A program made the translations under genes and the position numbers. DNA of 64,000 bases from Acidobacteriota bacterium (GTDB taxonomy: Bacteria > Acidobacteriota > Terriglobia > Terriglobales > Acidobacteriaceae), in assembly GCA_013289765.1 (NCBI GenBank), contig JABCZI010000014.1, positions 14,415 through 78,414 on the forward strand, read 5' to 3'. Positions 35,574-43,651 of this stretch are shown piece after piece; position 1 is the stretch's first letter, and each line of letters opens with the position of its first letter. Under the pieces are notes generated by a model. It did not search any database, had not been told where the DNA came from, and saw only the letters and a list, made by a program, of their open reading frames with translations.

Positions 35574-37355
35574 TTACTTTGCCGCGTCATACTTCCTCGC
35601 CCTCGGCGGAATCAGCGAAACATCCACCGGCTCGAACTCAAACCTAGGCTCATCCGCGTCCGGCGCGAAATATGCCTTCGTTGTTTTAAGGAAGTTCTTG
35701 TCGTCGCGGTCAGGGAAATCCGGCTTGTAATGCGCTCCCCGCGATTCGTCGCGCAGTCGCGCCCCTTGCGCCACCACCTTCGCCAATTGCAGCATGTTGT
35801 AAAGCTGACGCGTGAACACCACGCTTGTGTTCGCCCACTGCGTTCGGTCGCTCAGGTTCACCTTGCGGAACCGTTCCAGCATCTCCACCAGCTTCGCATC
35901 GGTCTGCACCAAATTCTTGTTGTAGCGGATGACCGTGCAATCCTTGGTCATCAATTCCCCTAATTCGCGCCACAACTTGAACGGATTCTCCGTCCCCGAA
36001 TTATTCATCAGCAGGGAATTGCTCTCTTCCTGCTTTTTCTTCTCCGCCTCGAAGACTCCGTTACCGTCAGGTAAGGCCTGGAGCCCGCGCGCATACCTCA
36101 CGGCGTTCGGACCTGCGATGCCTCCGCCATAGATACACGACACCAGCGAATTTGCGCCCAGCCGATTCGCTCCGTGATATTGGTACTCGCACTCGCCCGC
36201 GGCAAAAACTCCGGGGATATTCGTGGCCTGCTTGTAGTCCACCCACAGCCCGCCCATGGTGTAATGCATGCCGGGGAAAATCTTCATGGGCGTATCGCGC
36301 GGGTCGTCTCCCACAAACTTCTCATAGATTTCGAGAATGCCTTCCAGCTTGCGGTCGAGAATCTTGCGGTCGATGTGGGTGAGGTCAAGATAAACCATCG
36401 GCTTGCCGTCAATGCCGAGGTGGTGCTCAAACACAACTTTAAATATCGCTCGCGTGGCTACGTCGCGCGGCACCAGGTTGCCGTATTTTGGATACCACTC
36501 TTCGAGGAAATACCAGCGCTCATTCTGTGGAATGGTCTTCGGATCGCGCTTATCTCCAGCGGTCTTCGGAACCCAGACGCGCCCGCCCTCGCCGCGCGCC
36601 GATTCCGACATCAGCCGCAGCTTGTCCTCACCAGGAATGCAGGTAGGATGAACCTGGATGAATTCTCCGTTGGCATAAAACGCGCCTTGCTGATAGAGGG
36701 CGGATTGCGCCGATCCCGTACACACAACAGAGTTGGTCGATTTGCCAAAGATGGCTCCGTTGCCGCCAGTAGCGATGACAATGGCGTCGGCAGGAAACGT
36801 GCGGACTTCCATGCTGCGCAAATCCATCGCGCAGATGCCGCGGCAGACGCGGTTCCCGTCGAGCACCGCCGACAGAAATTCCCAATGCTCGAACTTCTTT
36901 ACCTTGCCTTCGGATTCATAGCGCCGCACCTGCTCATCGAGCGCATAAAGTAATTGCTGCCCGGTAGTCGCACCCGCAAAGGCGGTGCGGTTATATAGAG
37001 TCCCGCCAAAACGGCGAAAGTCGAGCAAACCCTCCGGGGTGCGATTGAAGGGAACACCCATGCGATCGAGTAAATCGATAATGCCCGGCGCCGCCTCGCA
37101 CATGTCCTTCACTGGCGGCTGGTTCGCGAGAAAATCGCCGCCGTAGACCGTGTCATCGAAGTGCTGCCACGTCGAATCGCCTTCGCCCTTCAGATTCTTC
37201 GCTGCATTAATTCCGCCCTGGGCGCAAACCGAGTGGGAACGCTTCACGGGAACAATCGAAAAGAGATCGACGCTGGCGCCCATCTCCGCGATCTTGATGA
37301 CTGCGGACAGTCCGGCGAGACCGCCGCCTATGACAATAATTTTCGGAGATGCCAT
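35574..37355 (-). CDS. sdhA: Succinate dehydrogenase/fumarate reductase flavoprotein subunit
   Basis: IVIGGGLAGLSA FAD fold, RSHSVCAQGGI (His for covalent FAD), and HPTCIPG...SESARGEGG. Confidence 0.95.
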   Translation of the reverse strand: MASPKIIVIGGGLAGLSAVIKIAEMGASVDLFSIVPVKRSHSVCAQGGINAAKNLKGEGDSTWQHFDDTVYGGDFLANQPPVKDMCEAAPGIIDLLDRMGVPFNRTPEGLLDFRRFGGTLYNRTAFAGATTGQQLLYALDEQVRRYESEGKVKKFEHWEFLSAVLDGNRVCRGICAMDLRSMEVRTFPADAIVIATGGNGAIFGKSTNSVVCTGSAQSALYQQGAFYANGEFIQVHPTCIPGEDKLRLMSESARGEGGRVWVPKTAGDKRDPKTIPQNERWYFLEEWYPKYGNLVPRDVATRAIFKVVFEHHLGIDGKPMVYLDLTHIDRKILDRKLEGILEIYEKFVGDDPRDTPMKIFPGMHYTMGGLWVDYKQATNIPGVFAAGECEYQYHGANRLGANSLVSCIYGGGIAGPNAVRYARGLQALPDGNGVFEAEKKKQEESNSLLMNNSGTENPFKLWRELGELMTKDCTVIRYNKNLVQTDAKLVEMLERFRKVNLSDRTQWANTSVVFTRQLYNMLQLAKVVAQGARLRDESRGAHYKPDFPDRDDKNFLKTTKAYFAPDADEPRFEFEPVDVSLIPPRARKYDAAK

Positions 37356-37361
37356 CGTTCC

Positions 37362-38180
37362 TTATCGGCTTTCTGCGATTTGCGGGTTGAGCGTTACGTT
37401 AAGCATTACTGTGGTGCCCTGAGCTGCGGCGCCCGGACCCGCCGGCTGTTGCGGATACTTTCGAAATGTAGCCAGGCTGGCCAATCCTGCGCCGGTCAGC
37501 ACGAAGAAGAACACCACGCAGACGACCAGAAATCGCTTCCGCGCTCTCTCGCCGGAAACGATGCCCCATTTGGCGCAGAACAGCCAGATGCCATATGCGA
37601 AGTGCCACGACGCCGCGATCAGGCCCACAACATAAAATAAAAACAGCGCTGGTTGAAGTACCTCAGCCTGTACCTTGCCAAACGAAGCGTTAGGATACGC
37701 GTGCAAGTCGACGCCGCTGAATCGCATCGTCCAGGTGTGCCAAACGATGTAGACAAATGCGATGCCGCCCGTCCAGCGCTGCGCCGTGTACATCCAATTC
37801 CCACTCCAGGGATACGCGATCGTATTTCCATCGCCGCGATACCAGATATAAAAACCGTAAAGGGCGTGAAAGGCGATCGGCAGCCATATCCCGAACAGCT
37901 CGAGAAAAAATACCAGTGGAAGGTTCGCGAGAAATGCTACCTGCCGGGCATAAGCGTCAGGGCCGCTGATGGCGGTCGAGTTTGAAACCAGAATATGCTC
38001 GAGCAGAAACGCGCCTACGGGAACGATGCCTGAGAGCGAATGCAGCCGGCGCAAAAGAAATGATATACCGTGGCCCGCCCGGAGCGGCGCGACACCCCTT
38101 ACCACACCATCCTTTACCGCGCCATTCTTTACCACACCATCACGTACCGGTGGAGCACCAGAACTGGCTACTGACGCCAC
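37362..38180 (-). CDS. sdhC: Succinate dehydrogenase cytochrome b subunit (single-subunit b558 / type B anchor)
   Basis: FLLRRLHSLSGIVPVGAFLLEHILVSN aligns with the Bacillus/Wolinella-type anchor. Five TM helices. The start is uncertain, since there is a ~35-aa repeat-containing N-terminal extension. Confidence 0.85.
   Translation of the reverse strand: MASVASSGAPPVRDGVVKNGAVKDGVVRGVAPLRAGHGISFLLRRLHSLSGIVPVGAFLLEHILVSNSTAISGPDAYARQVAFLANLPLVFFLELFGIWLPIAFHALYGFYIWYRGDGNTIAYPWSGNWMYTAQRWTGGIAFVYIVWHTWTMRFSGVDLHAYPNASFGKVQAEVLQPALFLFYVVGLIAASWHFAYGIWLFCAKWGIVSGERARKRFLVVCVVFFFVLTGAGLASLATFRKYPQQPAGPGAAAQGTTVMLNVTLNPQIAESR
38097..38141. repeat. 15-nt imperfect tandem repeat x3 inside the 5' end of the sdhC ORF
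   Basis: ccttaccacaccatc / ctttaccgcgccatt / ctttaccacaccatc. On the coding strand this encodes VRDGV-VKNGA-VKDGV-VRG. Confidence 0.85.
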
Positions 38181-38325
38181 AGATCGCTCCTCACTATCAC
38201 GATTTTCTCGTTCATTTCGATCGTTGGTTCTGCTTAACCGTCGAAAAATGGCAAAAGAACTTTTTATTATCCGGCCCAGAGAGAAGTTAAGTCAAGAAAG
38301 CAGAGCGGCTCCGTCATCAATTCCG

Positions 38326-38964
38326 TTAATCTCGTACACCATCTTTGCACCAATCAAGGAACTCCCGGAACGCCTTGCCTCGGTGGCTATAGTGAGATTT
38401 TTCTTCGGAGGATAATTCCGCGAATGTCTTCCTGATTTGCGGAAAATAAAACAGGGGATCATAGCCGAAACCATTCGTCCCTCGCGGTGCGTCGAGAATA
38501 ATTCCCTCAGCTGTGCCACGAAAAGTGGCCAGGGTTTTTCCGTCCCGAGCGACAGCCAGCACGCAGACAAATCTACCGATTCTTTGGGCGGCGGGAACGC
38601 CCTTCAGTTCACGCAACACGCGGGCGTTATTGGCTTGGTCATCCGTATTGGCAACGGCTTGGTGTGGGTCTTTACTGTGGAGATCAGGCGCTGCGAATCG
38701 AGCCGAATGTACGCCCGGAGCCCCATTCAGCGCATCGATCTCCAATCCCGAGTCGTCCGCCATGACGATCTCTCCCGGAACATACAGACTGTACTCCTCG
38801 GCCTTCTTGCGGGCGTTCGCTTCGAATGTCAGCCCGTCTTCAACGACAGTAGGAAGGGAAGAGAAGCGAGGAAGTCCAGAGATCTCGACTCCGTGCGTCA
38901 GAGCCGCTGCGGCGAAGTCTCGCAGCTTACCCTGGTTCGAAGTTGCAATAAGAATTGTTCGCAT
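38326..38964 (-). CDS. rdgB: RdgB/HAM1 non-canonical purine NTP pyrophosphatase
   Basis: ILIATSNQGKLRDF, ADDSGLEIDALNGAPGVHSAR and GTNGFGYDPLFYFP. Start moved to ATG 38964. Confidence 0.9.
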   Translation of the reverse strand: MRTILIATSNQGKLRDFAAAALTHGVEISGLPRFSSLPTVVEDGLTFEANARKKAEEYSLYVPGEIVMADDSGLEIDALNGAPGVHSARFAAPDLHSKDPHQAVANTDDQANNARVLRELKGVPAAQRIGRFVCVLAVARDGKTLATFRGTAEGIILDAPRGTNGFGYDPLFYFPQIRKTFAELSSEEKSHYSHRGKAFREFLDWCKDGVRD

Positions 38965-38977
38965 TCCAAGTGGCAGA

Positions 38978-40684
38978 TTAATAATCAAGCGGTGACCGCG
39001 ACGAACTCTTTTGCAACAATATTAACGTCATCAACATTGCCGCTGCCGAAATCCCCGCACCCATCCCTCGATCCCACGTCCGAATAAAAGTAATTTGCAC
39101 GCGATTCTCGCCCGTGTCTACTGGAACCAGCATCTGTCCTGACCCTTCGCGCATACCCGTTTGGACTGAATGTCCATTTACTTCCACCCGCCATGCCGGA
39201 TAGTTGAACAGACGCAGCGCAAGATTGTCCGGCGCAGACATGTTCGCAGTGAACAGTTTATGTTCCGCATCCCACCGCGAAATTTGAATCGCAGCGCGAG
39301 CGGGCCCGACTACACTCACACGTCGCGCATCTTTATCTTTATCGATCGCCGAAGGTTCCGCGCCCATCGGGGTATATTCATCCGTACCTTCGTATCCCGC
39401 GCCGCTTGCCACATTGTCGTGTATTTCGCGCAAGTCCGCGGCCGTGTCCCACCACGGCGGCTGAAAGTGATGCCAAACGAAACCAAGCAGGCACAACGTT
39501 GCGAAATAAAGCGCGACTCGCGCGGTCCATTTCCGAACCCCCAGCGCCGTAAGCAAAGTGAACGGAACGCCCAAACCCAGCAGCCATCGCCATGGAAACT
39601 GCATAAAGCGCAACTTGGGCAGAACATTCCACAGCGGATTCGAAACTGAAAACACCAGCACTGCACACACTCCGGCCCACGCCACGAGCGACCACCAAAG
39701 TTCGCGATTCCGGTTGCGCCAACCCCGCGCCATCCAAGCCACCGCAATCGTTATGAAGATTTCTGCGAGCGCAATCCAGGAAATAAGGCGGTTGAAAACA
39801 TCATGATCCGGGTCGTCGGTATTGGCGAAAAGAAAATTGTCCAACGGTCGCGAGCCGCCGGAGACCGACTGCGCGAGGTTGGCCCACCGCTGTTCGTAAA
39901 TAGCTGGCAATAAGTAAAAAGCTGCCAGAGCGGCCCCGAGAAACACCGCAGTGGTCCCAACCAACAGAATGCGAGGCGAACGCCGCTGCCACGCCAGCAA
40001 CAACATCAGCAATGCCAGTGAGTAGTGGATCATCACCGCGGCGGGGGCATTGACCAGCCACGCGGAGGCGAGAACCAAAGCCAGAAAAATCGTGACGCGG
40101 CGGCCCTTTTCCTCGGCTCTCCATACCAGCAAGAACAACAGCGGCAGCAACGCGCTGGCCAGCAGTTCGGCAAAGGCGCTGCGCCAGTAAACGATCACCA
40201 AGTGATAAGGGTTCACAGCATAGAGAACCGCGGCATAGGTCGCGTCGCCGCGGTCGAGCCATAGCCGCGCCAGCAAAAACATGGACACGCCCGCGGCCAC
40301 AAGTACCAGCAAAATATAAACCTCGCTCACCAGGGTCCAGGGAAAGATCGCGCTCAGTCCGGCGCCTAAAGTCCACGATAATGGCGGGTAGAAGACGAAA
40401 CGCGGCTCACCGTATCCAAAGTGCGCCAACGCAGCCCACCGCGGATAAATAATGCCCTGTTTCCATTGCGCAAGAACTTCCAGCCAGGTGTACAGGTGGA
40501 ATTCGACATCGTGTCCGGAGGGCGTTCCGAGAAAAAGAAAGGGAACTTCAACCGCAAATACTGCCGTGACAATCGAGATAAATGTAGTCCACGTCAGGCG
40601 GTTGCGCGGGCTTGCGAGCTTGCTGACAGGGAACGAATCGTCCCCTTGCCCGGGTTTTGTAGTTGCAGCCAGTTTCGCTCTCAC
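38978..40684 (-). CDS. Large polytopic membrane protein, GT-C-like (PTPS-related/ArnT-like) with C-terminal periplasmic domain
   Basis: GHDVEFHLYTWLEVLAQWKQGIIYPRWAALAHFGYGEPRFVFYPPLSW near the N-terminus, at least 10 TM helices, and a soluble ~150-aa C-terminus. The family label is tentative. Confidence 0.7.
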   Translation of the reverse strand: MRAKLAATTKPGQGDDSFPVSKLASPRNRLTWTTFISIVTAVFAVEVPFLFLGTPSGHDVEFHLYTWLEVLAQWKQGIIYPRWAALAHFGYGEPRFVFYPPLSWTLGAGLSAIFPWTLVSEVYILLVLVAAGVSMFLLARLWLDRGDATYAAVLYAVNPYHLVIVYWRSAFAELLASALLPLLFLLVWRAEEKGRRVTIFLALVLASAWLVNAPAAVMIHYSLALLMLLLAWQRRSPRILLVGTTAVFLGAALAAFYLLPAIYEQRWANLAQSVSGGSRPLDNFLFANTDDPDHDVFNRLISWIALAEIFITIAVAWMARGWRNRNRELWWSLVAWAGVCAVLVFSVSNPLWNVLPKLRFMQFPWRWLLGLGVPFTLLTALGVRKWTARVALYFATLCLLGFVWHHFQPPWWDTAADLREIHDNVASGAGYEGTDEYTPMGAEPSAIDKDKDARRVSVVGPARAAIQISRWDAEHKLFTANMSAPDNLALRLFNYPAWRVEVNGHSVQTGMREGSGQMLVPVDTGENRVQITFIRTWDRGMGAGISAAAMLMTLILLQKSSSRSPLDY

Positions 40685-41046
40685 CAGATTCGGTTTGCAG
40701 ATGCTCTCTTAAGCGTGGGCACATGCGTTCGCAAAGAAACACGAATAGGATTTATGCCGCATCTCTCGTGCAATGCGCGACGTCCAACTTACTAAGGCGC
40801 GCGCCTGCAAACGTTTTATTAATCCAGATTTAATGTTTCTGAAACCAGTGCGCAACAAGAATGAACTACGGTAGCCGCAATGGGGTGGATGATAACACGG
40901 AGTTGAAGAACTCGCGCCACGAGACGGGGCGCGGGTTCTCAACGCCGAACAGCCACGCCGGCCTCTCGCAAATTCCGCTACGCCTGCCCGCCCGTCCTTG
41001 TTCTGCCTGAGCTGTATTCCCGGACGTATTCAGCCCGCTACCTGCC

Positions 41047-41074
41047 GCGAGGGGCATTTCGCGAGAGGCATTTC
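41047..41074. repeat. 14-bp tandem duplication GCGAG(G/A)GGCATTTC
   Basis: Read directly, in the intergenic region between the GT-C-like gene and the REC-PilZ gene. Confidence 0.85.
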
Positions 41075-41155
41075 AGATCAACGTGAACGGGACAATATCC
41101 ACTGGAATGCATAACAAAGAAGCAAAGCAGAAGTGCTCAGAGGTGGAAACAGAAA

Positions 41156-42301
41156 TTATGTAGCGACGCTCTCACCAGACCGCTGGCGTCGAAGCTCAGC
41201 GAGAAACTCATCCTGATCTAATGTGGATCCTCGTTGTAGCAACTCGAGTAGAGGATCTTCAATGTTGTCTGCGTCCTCATTCGCCTGTCTGGGAACAGGT
41301 TCGAATTGAGTCAGGTCCGCCCTCAGGGAGCGAGGAGAAACAATAAGATCAAGCATGGATTCGGGGCAACTGCGAAGCAAGCCAATCAGATTTCCTACGT
41401 TGGCGCGCTGTTCCGGCGTGCGGGAGGGGAACTCAACTCCCATGCCTTGACCTGGATGCGTTACCCTCACCAATCCCTCGGTGTGCACAGCGATCTCTTC
41501 AGTTTTTAGGCAAAGATCGACCAGAGCATGTTCGGGAAAAGGCGAATCGCTCTCCAGATAGCAACCCCCCAAGCTTAAATCTGTAAGCTTGCAGTGCGGG
41601 ACGGTCTCTTCCGGGTCCGTGGCGCTGGTTCCCGACGCAGCTTGCACCCAGGTTTTAAGACTAGCCTTGGTGCAACCGTCTAGGTCAAGAAAATGAATGC
41701 CTGTTTGACCGTTTGGATTCGCCCATGCCACCTGTCCGTGAGCGTCAACTGCAACGCTTCCGTCGGTTACCTGAAAGCGGAAATGCAGAAGAGTGCCCGC
41801 GGTCTGTGCTTCGGCCGTGAGTACCTCCATTCCGGTCTCGCTAAGATCGAGCAGAATTCCGTCCGTTGGTGGACCGGTTGGCAGACGGATCTCTACCGGC
41901 GCTTGCACTGGAACGCGATGAGCCCTGCGGCGCTCGCGGTTTAACAATGCGGCTACGGCCCGCAAGCCAGCTTTAGCTTTCTTTTCAGTGAGCGCTTTAT
42001 ATAGTACGAAATGCGCGCCGCTGCTAAGAATGTTGCGTACCTTGGCACGTTCCGCAGCCAAAGCAACCGTCACGGGTGGATTTCCGAAATTGAGATGGCG
42101 GGATTCTTGCAGAACTTCGGTGGCAGCCTTGGGATCCTCGAAATCAACGACAAAAAGGTCGAATCGCTGCTGGTGACAACGGTCGATCGCCGTCGGCAGG
42201 TCGCTGAAACGTTCCACTGCAATCCCGTAGCCCGGCAGAACCCGGCCAAGGATTTCGGATGCTGCATCGTCAGTGGAAACCAGCAATGCCAGAAGGGTCA
42301 T
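41156..42301 (-). CDS. Response-regulator receiver domain fused to tandem PilZ domains
   Basis: REC: LLVSTDD...FDLFVVDF...HFVLYKAL. PilZ-1: RRRAHRVPV...DLSETGMEV. PilZ-2: DLSLGGCYLES without a clear RxxxR. Confidence 0.75.
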   Translation of the reverse strand: MTLLALLVSTDDAASEILGRVLPGYGIAVERFSDLPTAIDRCHQQRFDLFVVDFEDPKAATEVLQESRHLNFGNPPVTVALAAERAKVRNILSSGAHFVLYKALTEKKAKAGLRAVAALLNRERRRAHRVPVQAPVEIRLPTGPPTDGILLDLSETGMEVLTAEAQTAGTLLHFRFQVTDGSVAVDAHGQVAWANPNGQTGIHFLDLDGCTKASLKTWVQAASGTSATDPEETVPHCKLTDLSLGGCYLESDSPFPEHALVDLCLKTEEIAVHTEGLVRVTHPGQGMGVEFPSRTPEQRANVGNLIGLLRSCPESMLDLIVSPRSLRADLTQFEPVPRQANEDADNIEDPLLELLQRGSTLDQDEFLAELRRQRSGESVAT

Positions 42302-42340
42302 AACTAGATCGCTCGCCGAACCGTGGCGAGACTACGGAGA

Positions 42341-42601
42341 CTATGGCCAACGAGGCGCCGTTGATCGGCCTGCTTTCCCTGCCGTACTCGAACCGCTTCC
42401 CGCCTTCGCAGCCATAGCATCGGAATGAGGCGAAGCCTCGTCGCCTTCCATTAGAACTGCGTTGTCTTCATCGTCATTTTCGGCCAGCAAGGGAGCCACT
42501 TCCCGCAACTTTTCCGCCGCCTGCTGGAGCATCTCGATCTGCTTGCCCAGCTGGGCGTATTTTGTCTGCTTCTGCCGCAACACTTCATGAATATCTTTCA
42601 T
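42341..42601 (-). CDS. Small hypothetical coiled-coil/acidic protein
   Basis: MKDIHEVLRQKQTKYAQLGKQIEMLQQAAEKLREVAPLL... Lies 40 nt upstream of the REC-PilZ gene on the same strand. Start taken at ATG 42601. Confidence 0.5.
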   Translation of the reverse strand: MKDIHEVLRQKQTKYAQLGKQIEMLQQAAEKLREVAPLLAENDDEDNAVLMEGDEASPHSDAMAAKAGSGSSTAGKAGRSTAPRWP

Positions 42602-42718
42602 ACGACCCCCTTTGGAGAATGTAAGGAGATACGCTGTGAGGGTCAACGGTAATCGCGGCTTGTGGGTTACTGCGGTAATTAGAGGTGCGCCAAGAGCTGG
42701 TATTTGAAGGGAAGCGAG

Positions 42719-42754
42719 ACAAAAAGCGAAAGCCCCGCGAGCGGCGGGGCTTTC
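42719..42754 (-). terminator. Rho-independent terminator of the PEP-CTERM gene
   Basis: Perfect 11-bp stem GAAAGCCCCGC-gagcg-GCGGGGCTTTC, followed on the minus strand by GCTTTTTGTC. Lies 25 nt past the stop at 42779. Confidence 0.85.
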
Positions 42755-42778
42755 GAGAGGCGGAGCGGATAGGTTAAG

Positions 42779-43390
42779 TTAGGCTTTCAGCTTCCTGCGC
42801 ACAACACCAGCCAGACCAACGAGGCCGGTTCCAAGCAATCCGAGAGTACTGGGCTCTGGAACGGTGGTGATGATCGTTTCGCCGCTGCCGAGGGTCGCAG
42901 ATCCCATGAAACCACCATCGCCAGTGGTGAACGAACCAACCCAAGTTTCATTGGTGATGCCGAATGCGCCCTGTCCGGTGAACCATGTGCCGGAAATCTG
43001 GCCCTGCACAAAGTACACGATTGACCCGTTGACCGCCACTTGACCCGTCAAGGTCACAGGGGTGCTGAATGAACCTGAAAAGATCGTGCCGTTGGGAACG
43101 CCGTTGTTGCCATTGCCTACGATCACGAAGCTTCCGCCGCCGTTGAACGTCGAAACATTACCGACGGTACCAACGTACGAACCGGTCGAGAAGTTCAGGG
43201 TGCCGTCGTTTCCGGGGGCTCCTGTGCCGAGGCCTGTCGCCTGAATGATCGTAGAATTGGTAAGAGTCAGGCCGGAGGAACTTCCCGCCAGCGTACCGCC
43301 GCTATTCGAGAAATCAACCGTGCCTGCAAAGGCTGACAAAGGCAAAGCCAAGGCCAGTAAAGCCAGTAATGCTATCCGCTTCATATTCAC
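42779..43390 (-). CDS. PEP-CTERM sorting-domain secreted protein
   Basis: Signal peptide MKRIALLALLALALPLSAFA. Gly/Thr/Ser-rich body. C-terminal VPEPSTLGLLGTGLVGLAGVVRRKLKA. Confidence 0.9.
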   Translation of the reverse strand: MNMKRIALLALLALALPLSAFAGTVDFSNSGGTLAGSSSGLTLTNSTIIQATGLGTGAPGNDGTLNFSTGSYVGTVGNVSTFNGGGSFVIVGNGNNGVPNGTIFSGSFSTPVTLTGQVAVNGSIVYFVQGQISGTWFTGQGAFGITNETWVGSFTTGDGGFMGSATLGSGETIITTVPEPSTLGLLGTGLVGLAGVVRRKLKA

Positions 43391-43484
43391 TCCTCCTGAT
43401 ATACTCGAAACCCGTTTTCAATGTCCTGGAGGCTTCAGGCCTCCTCTGGCGGTGGCGCGCAATGCTATCCGCATCACTTCTACG

Positions 43485-43500
43485 TGCACCCTTGGTGCCA
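43485..43500 (-). promoter_or_regulatory. Near-consensus sigma-54 promoter upstream of the PEP-CTERM gene
   Basis: The minus strand reads TGGCAC-CAAGG-GTGCA against the consensus TGGCAC-N5-TTGCA (10 of 11 positions). About 95 nt upstream of ATG 43390. Confidence 0.6.
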
Positions 43501-43651
43501 AATGGGCACAAAACGTAAGCTATTGATTCGCAGGCAGTTAGTTCGCTGTCAATCCAGGTCGCCCAAAGTGAAACTGCAAAGCGATGCACACTAATACAAG
43601 TCCTTTTGCGTCATCACGGGATCATACGCCATGCCTCGGTTGTGTGATCCT

